From positions 416,001-480,000 of the forward strand of contig JBBRLQ010000001.1 of the NCBI GenBank assembly GCA_038231275.1: DNA of 64,000 bases. The letters run 5' to 3'. Shown in pieces: positions 1-9,496 of this stretch. This stretch comes from Polyangiales bacterium (GTDB lineage: Bacteria; Myxococcota_A; Polyangia; Polyangiales; Polyangiaceae). Position numbers and translations under genes: made by a program. The notes under the pieces were generated by a model. It saw nothing but the letters and a program-made list of their open reading frames with translations. It was not told the DNA's origin and made no database searches. Each line of letters begins with the position of its first letter. Position 1 is the first letter of the stretch.

Positions 1-225
1 GCTCGCGTAGTACGGCGTCACGCCGATGGGCAGGCCCGCCCGCTCCGCGCGACGCGCGCCCTCGAGCTCGGACGCCGACAGGTGAAGCGCGTTCGCGAGG
101 CCGTCGGCGGTCGTGATGGCGTGACGGAGCTGCCACCGCCAATCGTTCGGCTTCGCGCGTTCCCGCGCCCTCTCGCGCGCGGGCGACTTCGGCCGGACGA
201 GGCGCGAGGCGTCGACGAGCGCCAT
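1..225 (-). CDS. KamA/EpmB-family radical SAM protein (lysine 2,3-aminomutase-like), 5' part; truncated by window edge
   Basis: Manual translation from ATG 225 gives MALVD...NDWRWQLRHAITT...LPIGVTPYYAS, matching the KamA N-terminal motifs WxWQ and TPYY; the ATG overlaps the upstream TGA (TGATG). Confidence 0.8.
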   Translation of the reverse strand, partial: MALVDASRLVRPKSPARERARERAKPNDWRWQLRHAITTADGLANALHLSASELEGARRAERAGLPIGVTPYYAS

Positions 226-1280
226 CAGTCGCGTCCGGCGTCGGGGCTCGCGGACGGAGCGGACGGAACCGCGGCGTCGACGCCGAGATCGACGCGCACC
301 GTCGCGAGCACCTTGTCGTCCACGACGACCGGGTACTTCACGCGCAGCTGGCCGAGGAGCTCGTCTTCCTTCGCGCGGATCTTGTCCTGCGCGAGCTTCA
401 CGCGGATCGCGCGCTCCGCCTCTTGGTAGGTCCGCTCGTGCGCGTCGGTCTTCTGCGTGAAGCGCACGACGTAGAAGCGCGACTCTGCCGGGACGACGCG
501 CGGGAGCACGTCGTGGAGCTTGGCGATCTCGAAGAGGCCCGCGCGCACCTCCTCCGGAATGCGCGTGTTCTCGCCGCGGCCGTCCCCCGGCGGGCTCACC
601 ATGCCCATGTCGCCGACCAGATCGGTGGGCACGTTCGCCTTGGCCTGCGGATCGATCGATTTGCTCCGCACGAGCTCTCCCCACTGCGTGGCCAACGTGG
701 GACCCTGCGTCTTCTTCGCCTGCTCGAGCACGTCCTTCGCGGCGGCCTCCGTGGGGAGGACGATCATCGACGCGCGGCGACGCTCCGGATCCTTGTAGTC
801 GGCCTTGTGCGCGTCGAAGAAGGCGCGCACCTCGTTCTCTGGAACGTCGGCGGGAGACGGCGCCCCCTTGCGCGCCTCCTTCAGCATCGCGTCACGGAGG
901 ATCGCGCGGATCTCCTGCTGCGCGGCCGGCTCTTTGTCGTAGCCCTTCAGCGTGGCCTCGCGCGCGAGGAGCTCGACGTTGATCATCTCCGTGAGCAGCT
1001 CTTTGCGGCGCTCGGGCGACTGGTAGCGGAGGCGATCGAAGTTATCCATGTGCTCGAGCGCGGCGGCGTAGTCACCGAGCGTGATGGTGCGATCGCCCAC
1101 TTTGGCGAGGACCTTGGCCGATTGCTCTGGCGTCAACGACGTCGACGTCCGATGACCGCCGGCGTCGCCGTCCACCGTGAGCGCCTTCTCGTTGCAGCTG
1201 CCGCAACCGCCGAGCGAGGTCGCGGCGAGCACGGCGAGCGCCGGTCCGAGGAGGAGGAGCAGTCCACGAGACGAAGCCAT
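225..1280 (-). CDS. PpiC/parvulin-type peptidyl-prolyl isomerase-like lipoprotein (SurA/PrsA-like)
   Basis: Signal peptide with Cys; VLAKVGDRTIT, PERRRASMIV and GDMG motifs typical of PrsA/PpiC foldases. Confidence 0.8.
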   Translation of the reverse strand: MASSRGLLLLLGPALAVLAATSLGGCGSCNEKALTVDGDAGGHRTSTSLTPEQSAKVLAKVGDRTITLGDYAAALEHMDNFDRLRYQSPERRKELLTEMINVELLAREATLKGYDKEPAAQQEIRAILRDAMLKEARKGAPSPADVPENEVRAFFDAHKADYKDPERRRASMIVLPTEAAAKDVLEQAKKTQGPTLATQWGELVRSKSIDPQAKANVPTDLVGDMGMVSPPGDGRGENTRIPEEVRAGLFEIAKLHDVLPRVVPAESRFYVVRFTQKTDAHERTYQEAERAIRVKLAQDKIRAKEDELLGQLRVKYPVVVDDKVLATVRVDLGVDAAVPSAPSASPDAGRD

Positions 1281-1339
1281 GTCGCGCCCTTTACTACCAC
1301 GCGCGACGGCGCGCTACTTGGGCTACGTTTTGGCCCCCG

Positions 1340-2167
1340 ATGGCCCCGAAGCTCCTCGCGACGCCGGCGCGCTGGTCTCTCGGGACCGCGGTCCTCGGGG
1401 GCCTGGCGTGGGCGTTCGCGCGCGCGCTGCCGGCGTGGATAGGCGCGGAGCGAGAGCGCCCGCTCGTCGCGGCCGCGGCGTGGGCGGTGCTCAGCGTGGC
1501 GTTCTGGCTATACCTGCGCGGAGAGGAGTCGCGTCTTTCGCGCGAGCTTCGCGTCGCGCGAAGCGGCACGAGCATTCAGAGGCGCACGCTGCTCCGGAGG
1601 CGAAGGCCCGCGCCGTACTTCGGCCTCGCGATGTTCTGGTACGCGGCGGTTCGTGTGCTCGCGGCGCTCGCGTCGACGACGCTCGGCGTCGCGGCCGTCC
1701 TCGTCGCCGAAGGAGAGATCGGGCTGGCGGAGGCGTCGCTGCGCGGCATCGGGCAAGCGCTCTCGTTCGGAGACCTGCGGGCCTTGCGCGTCGTCGTCGA
1801 GGCCGACGTCTCGCGTGCGCACGGGACAGAGGCATCCCTCGCCGATTCGATCCAGGCGCTGGTTGCGCTGCCTCCCTTGCCGGAGACGGAAGCGGAGCGC
1901 TACCGGATCCACGTCCTCGTGAAGGCGCTCCTCCAGCAGGGAGATGACGGCACCGCCCGCGACATCGCGGAGCAGCTCCAGTCGCGCGAGGACGAGGAGC
2001 TTCGCGTGTACGTCGTGTGGATGCAGACCTGGTTCGAGTGGACCCACCTCGCCCCACCCGCCGAGGCCGAGGTGCGCCTCGCGACGCTCCTCGCGCGAAC
2101 CCACGGCGCCGACGACCTCGTCGCGCGGCTGGAGGCTTGTGCGAGGCCCCTTCCTGAGAAAGACTGA
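1340..2167 (+). CDS. Hypothetical membrane protein
   Basis: 275-aa ORF with N-terminal hydrophobic segments and typical codon usage. Confidence 0.6.
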   Translation: MAPKLLATPARWSLGTAVLGGLAWAFARALPAWIGAERERPLVAAAAWAVLSVAFWLYLRGEESRLSRELRVARSGTSIQRRTLLRRRRPAPYFGLAMFWYAAVRVLAALASTTLGVAAVLVAEGEIGLAEASLRGIGQALSFGDLRALRVVVEADVSRAHGTEASLADSIQALVALPPLPETEAERYRIHVLVKALLQQGDDGTARDIAEQLQSREDEELRVYVVWMQTWFEWTHLAPPAEAEVRLATLLARTHGADDLVARLEACARPLPEKD

Positions 2168-2171
2168 GAGA

Positions 2172-3332
2172 ATGACGCGGGCCTTGGCTCCTCTCGTGGT
2201 GAGCCTGGCGGTGGCGGCGGCCCTCGTGGGCGGCTGCGCTGCGGTGCTGGGGCTCGACGCGGGGAGTGCCGCGGACGACGCCGGCGGCGGCATCGACGCA
2301 TCGACGCCGAACGACGGAGACGGCAAGCCCGACGGCCTCGGGGCGCAGGGCGATGGCGCGATCGGTCTACCGACGTGCGGCGCCGACCAGCACCTGTGCG
2401 GCGCCGCCTGCGCGCCAAAGAGCGATCCGCAGTTCGGATGCGGCGCGTCGTCGTGCGCTCCATGCAAGCTCGCGCACGCGACGGCGGCGTGCGGAGCTGG
2501 CGCCTGCGCCGTCGCCACGTGCAACATGGGATGGGCCGATTGCAACAAGGTCGCGGGCGACGGGTGCGAGGCCGATCTCTCGGCCCCCGCCACGTGCGGC
2601 TCGTGCACGACGCCGTGCACCACCCCGCCCCTCTGCGACACCACCGGCTGCGTCACGACGTGCCCGAGCCCGAAGACGATTTGCAACGGCTCGTGCGCGA
2701 ACACGACGAACGACCCCAACCACTGCGGCCTCGCCTGCACGGCCTGCGCTCCCGCGCACGCTCCTCCGGCGTGCACGGCCAGCGTTTGCGATCGTGGCGC
2801 GTGCGATGTCGGATACGCCGACTGCAACCTCGACCGCGCCGACGGCTGCGAGACGTCGCTCGCGTCCGACACGTCGTGCGGCTCGTGCACCACCAACTGC
2901 AGGACGCCGAGCGCCGGCCACACTGTGGGGCTCTGCGGCGCCGGCCCCGCGTGCGTGCCGACGGCGTGCGAGTCGGGTTGGGAGGACTGCGACGGGAACC
3001 TCGCCAACGGATGCACGTGCTTCGGCGCCGCCTGCTGCGGCGGAGGCGACGCAGGCACTCCTCCGCCGGACGGTGGCTGCTCGACCGTTGGATGCATTCC
3101 GCCGACGGGCGCCTGCATGGTCGGCCAGAGCACGTGCTGCTGCCCAGCGACGTGCAACCCCCCGAGCGCCGTCGTCGATCCGTGGAGCGCCCCAGCCCCC
3201 ACGCCTTCGGTCGGCGGCTTCTGTTGCGTCCCGTCTGGCGTCTCCCTTGCGCCGGGCGGTTGTCCTTCACCTGATCCGTGTTGCGCTCCGAGCAAGTGTT
3301 TCCAGGGTGGAAGCGCGCCGAGGTGCATGTGA
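2172..3332 (+). CDS. Cys-rich repeat lipoprotein (myxobacterial Stig1-like repeats), paralog 1
   Basis: Lipobox-like LVGGC; repeats DCNxxxxDGCE, NDPNHCG, CGSC. Confidence 0.8.
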   Translation: MTRALAPLVVSLAVAAALVGGCAAVLGLDAGSAADDAGGGIDASTPNDGDGKPDGLGAQGDGAIGLPTCGADQHLCGAACAPKSDPQFGCGASSCAPCKLAHATAACGAGACAVATCNMGWADCNKVAGDGCEADLSAPATCGSCTTPCTTPPLCDTTGCVTTCPSPKTICNGSCANTTNDPNHCGLACTACAPAHAPPACTASVCDRGACDVGYADCNLDRADGCETSLASDTSCGSCTTNCRTPSAGHTVGLCGAGPACVPTACESGWEDCDGNLANGCTCFGAACCGGGDAGTPPPDGGCSTVGCIPPTGACMVGQSTCCCPATCNPPSAVVDPWSAPAPTPSVGGFCCVPSGVSLAPGGCPSPDPCCAPSKCFQGGSAPRCM

Positions 3333-4546
3333 AGCGAACGGTCGGCGGCGCCGATGGAGCGGGCCGATGGGCGTGGATCGCCTTCACGCTCGCCGCAAGC
3401 GCGCTCGCCTACGGGTGCGCATCCGTGCTTGGGCTCGACGCCGGCAGCGCGCTGGAGGATGGGGGCGCCGACGGCGGCCTAGGAAACCTCGACACGGGCG
3501 CTACGGACGATCGCCCGTCGGTCGAGGCAGGCCCCGACGGCCAAAGGACGGACGGCTCCGTGCTTCCCACGTGCGCCACCGGCGAGCACCTCTGCGGCGC
3601 GGCCTGCGCAAGAGACGACAACCCGAACTTTGGATGCGGCGCGGCGGCGTGCACGCCATGCAAGCTCGCGCACGCCACGGCGGTGTGCTCCGGCGGCGCG
3701 TGCGCGATCGGGACGTGCGCGACCGGCTGGGACAACTGCGACAAGAGCGAGGCGGACGGCTGCGAATCGGACCTCACGTCAGCAGGGACCTGCGGCTCGT
3801 GCACGGTCGCGTGCATCGCCCCAAATCCGCTTTGCGATGGAACCACGTGCACGAACACCTGCACGTCGCCGAAGGTGCAGTGCGGCACCGCGTGTGCGGA
3901 CACGACGAACGATCCGAACCACTGCGGCGCGAGCTGCACGGCGTGCAGCCCTGCGCACTCGCCCGCCGCGTGCACAGCGAGCTTCTGCGATCACGGAACG
4001 TGCGACCCCGGCTACGCCGATTGCGACGCGAACCGCGCGAACGGCTGCGAGGTCTCCCTCACGGGCGACACGACGTGCGGCTCGTGCACCATGAACTGCA
4101 CCACGCCGTCCGGCGGTCACACGGTCGCTCTGTGCGGCGCTGGCCCCGCATGCGTTCCCTCGGCGTGCGAGTCGGGCTGGTACGACTGCGACGGGAGCTT
4201 CGCCGACGGCTGCGAGTGCAGCGGCGCCGGATGCTGCACGGCCATCGACGGCGGGACCACGGACTCCGGGCCGGTTTGCCAGCCGCCCCACGCCCTTTGC
4301 GCCACGTCGAAGCCCACGTGCTGCGGCGCGTGCAACGGGGCGATCGTCCCGTTTTCACCTTCGCCTGAGTGGAGCGAAGCGCAGCGGAGCGAAACGCTCC
4401 TGGGGGAAAGGCCTGACCGGCTTTTCCGGTCAGGCCTTGAGTCGAACGGAAACGGCACCTGCTGCGCATCGCCCGGGCAGGCATGCACGGACCTCTCCGA
4501 TTGCTGCCCGCCCCTCACCTGCAACGCCTCCAGCAAGTGCCAGTGA
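3329..4546 (+). CDS. Cys-rich repeat lipoprotein, paralog 2 (carries in-frame repeat insertion)
   Basis: GTG start overlaps the previous TGA; LAYGC lipobox; colinear with paralog 1. Confidence 0.8.
   Translation: MKRTVGGADGAGRWAWIAFTLAASALAYGCASVLGLDAGSALEDGGADGGLGNLDTGATDDRPSVEAGPDGQRTDGSVLPTCATGEHLCGAACARDDNPNFGCGAAACTPCKLAHATAVCSGGACAIGTCATGWDNCDKSEADGCESDLTSAGTCGSCTVACIAPNPLCDGTTCTNTCTSPKVQCGTACADTTNDPNHCGASCTACSPAHSPAACTASFCDHGTCDPGYADCDANRANGCEVSLTGDTTCGSCTMNCTTPSGGHTVALCGAGPACVPSACESGWYDCDGSFADGCECSGAGCCTAIDGGTTDSGPVCQPPHALCATSKPTCCGACNGAIVPFSPSPEWSEAQRSETLLGERPDRLFRSGLESNGNGTCCASPGQACTDLSDCCPPLTCNASSKCQ
4366..4442 (+). repeat. Dispersed ~72-bp hairpin repeat, full copy 1 (intragenic, in frame)
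   Basis: TGAGTGGAGCGAAGCGCAGCGGAGCGAAACGCTCC...AAGGCCTGACCGG-CTTTT-CCGGTCAGGCCTT; TGAGT at 4366 and again at 4438. Confidence 0.9.
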
Positions 4547-4598
4547 CCCGCGTGGTTGCGCTCCACCGCGCGCGCGGGGTACACCCGTCGTAGCGCCC

Positions 4599-5369
4599 AT
4601 GCCGACCACGCCCGAACGCGAAGACGACACCGTGATCCCTCCGCCGCCCCCCTCCAACGGGCTGCGCTACCGCCGCATCATCCTCAAGTTGAGCGGCGAC
4701 GCGCTCTCGGGCGCGGCGGGCTACGGCATCCAACCGGAGGTCCTGCGCGAGACCGCGAAGGAGCTCTCCGAGGTGCACGCGCACGGCGTCCAGATCGGCC
4801 TGGTGGTCGGCGGAGGCAACATCTTCCGCGGCCTCAAAGGCGCCAGCCAGGGCATGGACCGCGCGCAGAGCGACTACATGGGCATGCTCGCGACCGTGAT
4901 GAACGCCCTCGCGATGCAAGACGCGCTCGAGAAGGTCAACGTGCCCACGCGCGTGCAGACGGCGATCGAGATCCGGGAGGTCGCCGAGCCGTACATTCGC
5001 CGGCGCGCCATTCGTCACCTCGAGAAGGGCCGCTGCGTGATCTTCGCGGCCGGAACCGGCAACCCGTACTTCTCGACCGACACCGCAGCGGCCCTCCGCG
5101 CGATGGAGATCCACGCCGACGCGCTGTTCAAGGCGACCAAGGTCGAAGGGGTCTACGAGCGCGATCCGGTCCGCCACCCCGAGGCGAAGATGTACGAGAA
5201 GATGACGTTCGATCGCTTCTTGAACGAGAAGATCGGCGTCATGGACTCCACCGCGGTGACGCTCTGCCGCGACAACCACATGAGCATCCGCGTCTTCAAG
5301 ATGACGACGCGCGGCAACATCAAGCGCGTGTGCTTCGGCGAGCCGGTCGGCACGATCGTCGAGGAATAG
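4599..5369 (+). CDS. pyrH: Uridylate kinase
   Basis: [35 protein letters not shown] motifs. Confidence 0.97.
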   Translation: MPTTPEREDDTVIPPPPPSNGLRYRRIILKLSGDALSGAAGYGIQPEVLRETAKELSEVHAHGVQIGLVVGGGNIFRGLKGASQGMDRAQSDYMGMLATVMNALAMQDALEKVNVPTRVQTAIEIREVAEPYIRRRAIRHLEKGRCVIFAAGTGNPYFSTDTAAALRAMEIHADALFKATKVEGVYERDPVRHPEAKMYEKMTFDRFLNEKIGVMDSTAVTLCRDNHMSIRVFKMTTRGNIKRVCFGEPVGTIVEE

Positions 5370-5376
5370 CGGGCGA

Positions 5377-6855
5377 TCAGCCCAGGCCGTCGAGGGCCGC
5401 GCGCACGACGCTCGCGACCTGCGAGGTCGATCCCTCGTCGAACGACGCGACGAGCGCGGCGGCGTCGACGACCGAGAGCTCGGCCGCCGCGCACGTGTCG
5501 GCGAGCGCCTGCGCCGCCGCGTCGTCGATGCGCACGACGACCGCCGCGCCGGCGAGCGCCATCGGCCACATCGGCGCGTAGACGGGCACCAGCGGCAGAG
5601 CGACGACATCGAGCCCCACGTCGTCGCCGAGCGAGATGGTCGCCATCAAGTACGGCACCGGCGCGGTCGGCTGCCCGTCGGGCGCGCCCGCGGCGCCTTC
5701 GAGGCCGAGCAGCGAGTGCGCCACCACCGCCAGGCGCCCCGGTGTCCCGGCGAAGACGACGCGCGCCGCACCTTCGAAGCCGGGTGCCTTCGCCCGCGAC
5801 GCGAGGGCGCGCAAGGTGTGAAGGCCATCCGGGCTCGCGATCGGCACGCGATCGCCTTCGCGCGAGAGGCGCTTCAGCCTCCCTGCGGCCTCGAGCTCGC
5901 CGAGCGCGCCCAGCAGATCGGCGTCGCTCGCCGGCAGCTCTTCGAGCACGTCGTCGATCGTCGCCGGCGCGCGGAGGCGGGCGAGCACCGTCCGCGCGAG
6001 ATCCGAGAGATCTCCCGACGGCGGGCCGCCCACGACGGTGTCGCTCGCGAAGAGCGCCTTGTTCTCGAGATCGGCGAGCGACGCGCGCGCGTCTCTCGCG
6101 CGGACGTTCTCCTCGTCACACGCGCGAAGGATCGCCGTCAGCGGCGCGTTGATGCGGCGCATGACTGCCGGCGTGCGCGGCGAGAAGCTGAAGGTCCCCT
6201 CGCGCTCGCCGAGGAGGCGCGCCACCGCTTTCACGCCCTCGAGGCGCAAGTAGACCGCGTCGAGGAGCTCGCCGTCCTGCAGCCGAAGCTCGCCGCCGCC
6301 CGCCGGCGTCGTGACGGTCAGCGTGCCGGTGCGGCGCTCGTGGCCAAGCGCGGAGAGGAGATCGCGCAGCGGCGTGCCCGCGAGCAGGCCGGTGAGGGTG
6401 TTGGGCGGGAGGCTGGACGCGCGTGGCTTCGTGCCTTCCCTCGCCGTCCCCGGTGACGACGGCGGCGCAGGCGGAGCCGTCGCGATGCGCGGCGCGGAGG
6501 CAGCCCCCGGGGCCTCCGGCGGAAGCTCCGCGAGGCGTCCGTAGATCGCCTCCACGTCCGCGCGAAGCACTTGCTCCCTGCGGAGCACCAGCGCGGGATC
6601 GTCGACCAAGAGAAAAAAAGGCGGGACGCGCCCCGTCTCGACGGCGAGCGCGTCGAGCAGACCGAGCCCGTCGTCCGGCGCCTCCGCGAGCAGGTGCCAC
6701 GCGAGCAGCGCGTCGTAGCGCGTCTCCTTCGCGCGATCGCACGCCATCTGCGTGTTGCTGGCGATCTGCACCTTGAGCCCTCGTCGGCGGAGCGCGCCAG
6801 CCAGCGAGGAGAGCGCCTCCACGTTCGGATCGACGAGGAGGATCTTATGAACCAC
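5377..6855 (-). CDS. Pseudo-receiver + DUF4388 domain protein with degenerate small-GTPase-like C-terminus
   Basis: KILLVD receiver start; LTGLLAGTPLRDLL...RRTGTL...EGTFSF DUF4388 signature; C-terminal MWPMALAGAAVVVRID. Confidence 0.75.
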   Translation of the reverse strand: MVHKILLVDPNVEALSSLAGALRRRGLKVQIASNTQMACDRAKETRYDALLAWHLLAEAPDDGLGLLDALAVETGRVPPFFLLVDDPALVLRREQVLRADVEAIYGRLAELPPEAPGAASAPRIATAPPAPPSSPGTAREGTKPRASSLPPNTLTGLLAGTPLRDLLSALGHERRTGTLTVTTPAGGGELRLQDGELLDAVYLRLEGVKAVARLLGEREGTFSFSPRTPAVMRRINAPLTAILRACDEENVRARDARASLADLENKALFASDTVVGGPPSGDLSDLARTVLARLRAPATIDDVLEELPASDADLLGALGELEAAGRLKRLSREGDRVPIASPDGLHTLRALASRAKAPGFEGAARVVFAGTPGRLAVVAHSLLGLEGAAGAPDGQPTAPVPYLMATISLGDDVGLDVVALPLVPVYAPMWPMALAGAAVVVRIDDAAAQALADTCAAAELSVVDAAALVASFDEGSTSQVASVVRAALDGLG

Positions 6856-8587
6856 GGAGCCCTCCTGCCTGCGCGAGGCGGTGGGCGACGAGGTCGGCGA
6901 GGAGCGGATCGGCGGCGTGCACACCCCGGAAGCGATCCTTCGTGACGCGGCCGCAGCACACCCAGTGTCCGTGCTCCGCGGCGACGACCGCGGCCTCCAC
7001 GTCCGCACAGCCCGGGATGCCCCTGGCGTCGACGGCGCGCACCGTCACGTCCTTCGCGTCGCGGACCGCTTGGCGGACCGCCGACGCGACGCCCATCGCG
7101 GGGTGCACGGTGACGGTGATGGTCGCGCCGCCCCCGCGCCGCGCCTCGACGCACGCCTGCGCGACGAGCGACAAAAACGCATGCGTCGCGAGGTCGAGCG
7201 GGTACGGCGACGTGCCGCCGGAGTCGAGAATCGGCTTTTTGAGCAGCGTATCGACCACCTCGGCGAGACCGAGCTGCGCAAGCGAAAGTGAGTGCACTGC
7301 GCTGCGCGTCTGCGCGTTCGCGCGGTTCTTCGCGATGCGCACGAGCCTCTCCAGCGTGAGGCCGTCGTGGGGGTACGCCGCGGCGCCGATCGCGATGGGC
7401 GCGCCGCGTCGCGACGGAACGGGCCCGCGACGATCGGAGAGCGAGCCCGACGAGCGCTGCCGCCGATCTCCTTCGATGCGCGTCACGATACGCCGGCGAC
7501 ACGCATGCGCGCCGAGCCCGCCCGTCTCCGGCAAGAGCAGCAAGTACTCGTTCGGGACGTCGCTCGCGATCACGTCCGTATCGCGCACGACCTGCCGCAC
7601 GACCGCCTCGAGCTCGTCCTTCGTCACGCGATCGCTGCCGTCCAGCGAGATCGCGCAGATCGATACCCGACGCGAGTGGCGCTTCGCCTTGTCGATCTCG
7701 CGGGAGGCGATGTCGTGGAAATAGGCGCCGCTGTAGACGGAGCCGCGCTCGTCTTTGATCGACTGGCCACGCGGCCTACGGCTGTCCATCAGCGCGAGCA
7801 CGACGGTCGCGAGCTCGACCAAGGTGGCGTGGTCGGTCTCGACGTCGGAGGTGCCGCCCTCGATCGCGACGATGCCGATCGTACCGTTGGCCGTCTTCAG
7901 CGTGACCGGGCGCGCTTTGCGGAGCTCGAAGGTCTTCGCGAGCTCGTCGAGGCGCGCGAGGGCCGGCATGTCGCGCGCGGTGCCGGAGGTCGCGAGGCGC
8001 ACGCAGTCTCCCGACGGCGCCTCGAACGCGGCGTACAGGACGACGCCCTTCGCGTTGGTCGCCTGTGCGAACGCGTCGGTGATCACGCGCACCGCCTCCG
8101 ACTGGCCAGAGCCGCGCGCGAGCCGGATCAAGCGGTCGAGCAAGTCGCTGCGGCGGCGCATCCGCAAGAGCTCCGACTCGAGCTGATCGCGACGGCGCCC
8201 GTCGAGCTGACGCGCGCGGACCTCCCCGGCCGCCTGGGTGAGCGCGTCGCCGGTGAGCGGCGTCATCAACATCCCTGCGGCGCCGAGCGAGACGCCTTCG
8301 GTCGCGAGCTCCACCTTCTTCGGCGGCGAGACGACGTACACCGTGAGGCCTGGCGAGAGCGTCCGCAGGTGATGGACCAATGCCAGACCGGTGTCGCCGT
8401 CCAGCGCCACGTCGACGAACGCGACGTCGTACCGCTCGGCCTGCGCCGTCGCGAGCGCCTCCGCCACGCTCATCGCGCTCGTCGCACGATCGCCGTCGGC
8501 CACGAGCGCGCGCTGCGCGACGTCGAGGATCGCCGGATCGGCGGACGCGACGAGGACGTTGAGCCCGGACTCGGAGGCGCTGCTCAT
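6845..8587 (-). CDS. Response regulator with degenerate GGDEF domain
   Basis: Receiver (YDVAFVD); REIDKAKRH...VRDTDVIASDVPNEYLLLLPET...GAAAYPHDG GGDEF fold lacking the GG(D/E)EF motif. Confidence 0.8.
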   Translation of the reverse strand: MSSASESGLNVLVASADPAILDVAQRALVADGDRATSAMSVAEALATAQAERYDVAFVDVALDGDTGLALVHHLRTLSPGLTVYVVSPPKKVELATEGVSLGAAGMLMTPLTGDALTQAAGEVRARQLDGRRRDQLESELLRMRRRSDLLDRLIRLARGSGQSEAVRVITDAFAQATNAKGVVLYAAFEAPSGDCVRLATSGTARDMPALARLDELAKTFELRKARPVTLKTANGTIGIVAIEGGTSDVETDHATLVELATVVLALMDSRRPRGQSIKDERGSVYSGAYFHDIASREIDKAKRHSRRVSICAISLDGSDRVTKDELEAVVRQVVRDTDVIASDVPNEYLLLLPETGGLGAHACRRRIVTRIEGDRRQRSSGSLSDRRGPVPSRRGAPIAIGAAAYPHDGLTLERLVRIAKNRANAQTRSAVHSLSLAQLGLAEVVDTLLKKPILDSGGTSPYPLDLATHAFLSLVAQACVEARRGGGATITVTVHPAMGVASAVRQAVRDAKDVTVRAVDARGIPGCADVEAAVVAAEHGHWVCCGRVTKDRFRGVHAADPLLADLVAHRLAQAGGLRGS

Positions 8588-9387
8588 GCGGAGAGCTGTC
8601 CCGCGAAGACGTGGCGGGCCGGGCCGCGCATCGTGCATCGCCCATCCTTCGCGATCGTGATTTCCAGCGCGCCGCCCGGCAGGTTCACCGTCGTCGCGCG
8701 GTCGAACGGCAAGAGACCGCGCGCGCACGCGACCGCGACCGTCGCGCATGCGCCCGTTCCGCAGGCGAGCGTGATGCCGACGCCGCGTTCCCATACGACG
8801 AGATCGATCGAGCTGGCCGCGGCGTCGATGCGCGCGAGCTCGACGTTCGTCCCGCGCGGGAAGCTCGGGTGCCGTTCGATGGAGGGGCCGAGGGCCTCGG
8901 CGCGGGCGCGCGACGCGTCGCCCAGGACGATCGCGTGAGGATTCCCGGCGTCCGCGAGCCACACCTCGACGCGCTCGCCGGCGATCTCGAGCTCGCGCGA
9001 GCCCTCGGCGCGGACGATGCCCATGTCGACGGTGACCATCCCTCGCCCTTCGGCGTCGTCGATCTCGCACGCGCGCGGCCCGGCGTCGGTGTCGAAGCGC
9101 AGCTCTCCGGACGCCATACGACGCGCGCGCGCGACGTGAAGCGCGACGCAGCGGAGGCCGTTGCCACACATCTCCGGGACGGAGCCGTCGGCGTTCATCA
9201 CCTTCATCCGCGCGACGCACGACCGGTCGCGCGGAGGCAAGATGAGGAGGATCCCGTCGGCGCCGATGCCCCTTCGTCGATCGCACAGCTCGCGGGCGCG
9301 CGCCTCGCCGAGCTCGCGCTCGTCGGCGGCCCCGAGCACGACGAAGTCGTTGCCGAGCCCCTCGTATTTTGCGAACGGGCGGCCCAT
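8584..9387 (-). CDS. dapF: Diaminopimelate epimerase
   Basis: [39 protein letters not shown]. Confidence 0.97.
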   Translation of the reverse strand: MGRPFAKYEGLGNDFVVLGAADERELGEARARELCDRRRGIGADGILLILPPRDRSCVARMKVMNADGSVPEMCGNGLRCVALHVARARRMASGELRFDTDAGPRACEIDDAEGRGMVTVDMGIVRAEGSRELEIAGERVEVWLADAGNPHAIVLGDASRARAEALGPSIERHPSFPRGTNVELARIDAAASSIDLVVWERGVGITLACGTGACATVAVACARGLLPFDRATTVNLPGGALEITIAKDGRCTMRGPARHVFAGQLSA

Positions 9388-9496
9388 GATCCCCACGAAC
9401 GCTAGCAAAGGAGGCGGGCCCAGACCTCGTTTTCGTCGATGCTCGTCACATCCACGAGCTTGGTCCGCCCGGTCCGTTCCCGTGTACGCTCGTAGC

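Noticed and set aside
6611-6620. A7 homopolymer as a phase-variation tract
   Set aside because: Short, in frame (PPFFL codons), and the ORF is intact
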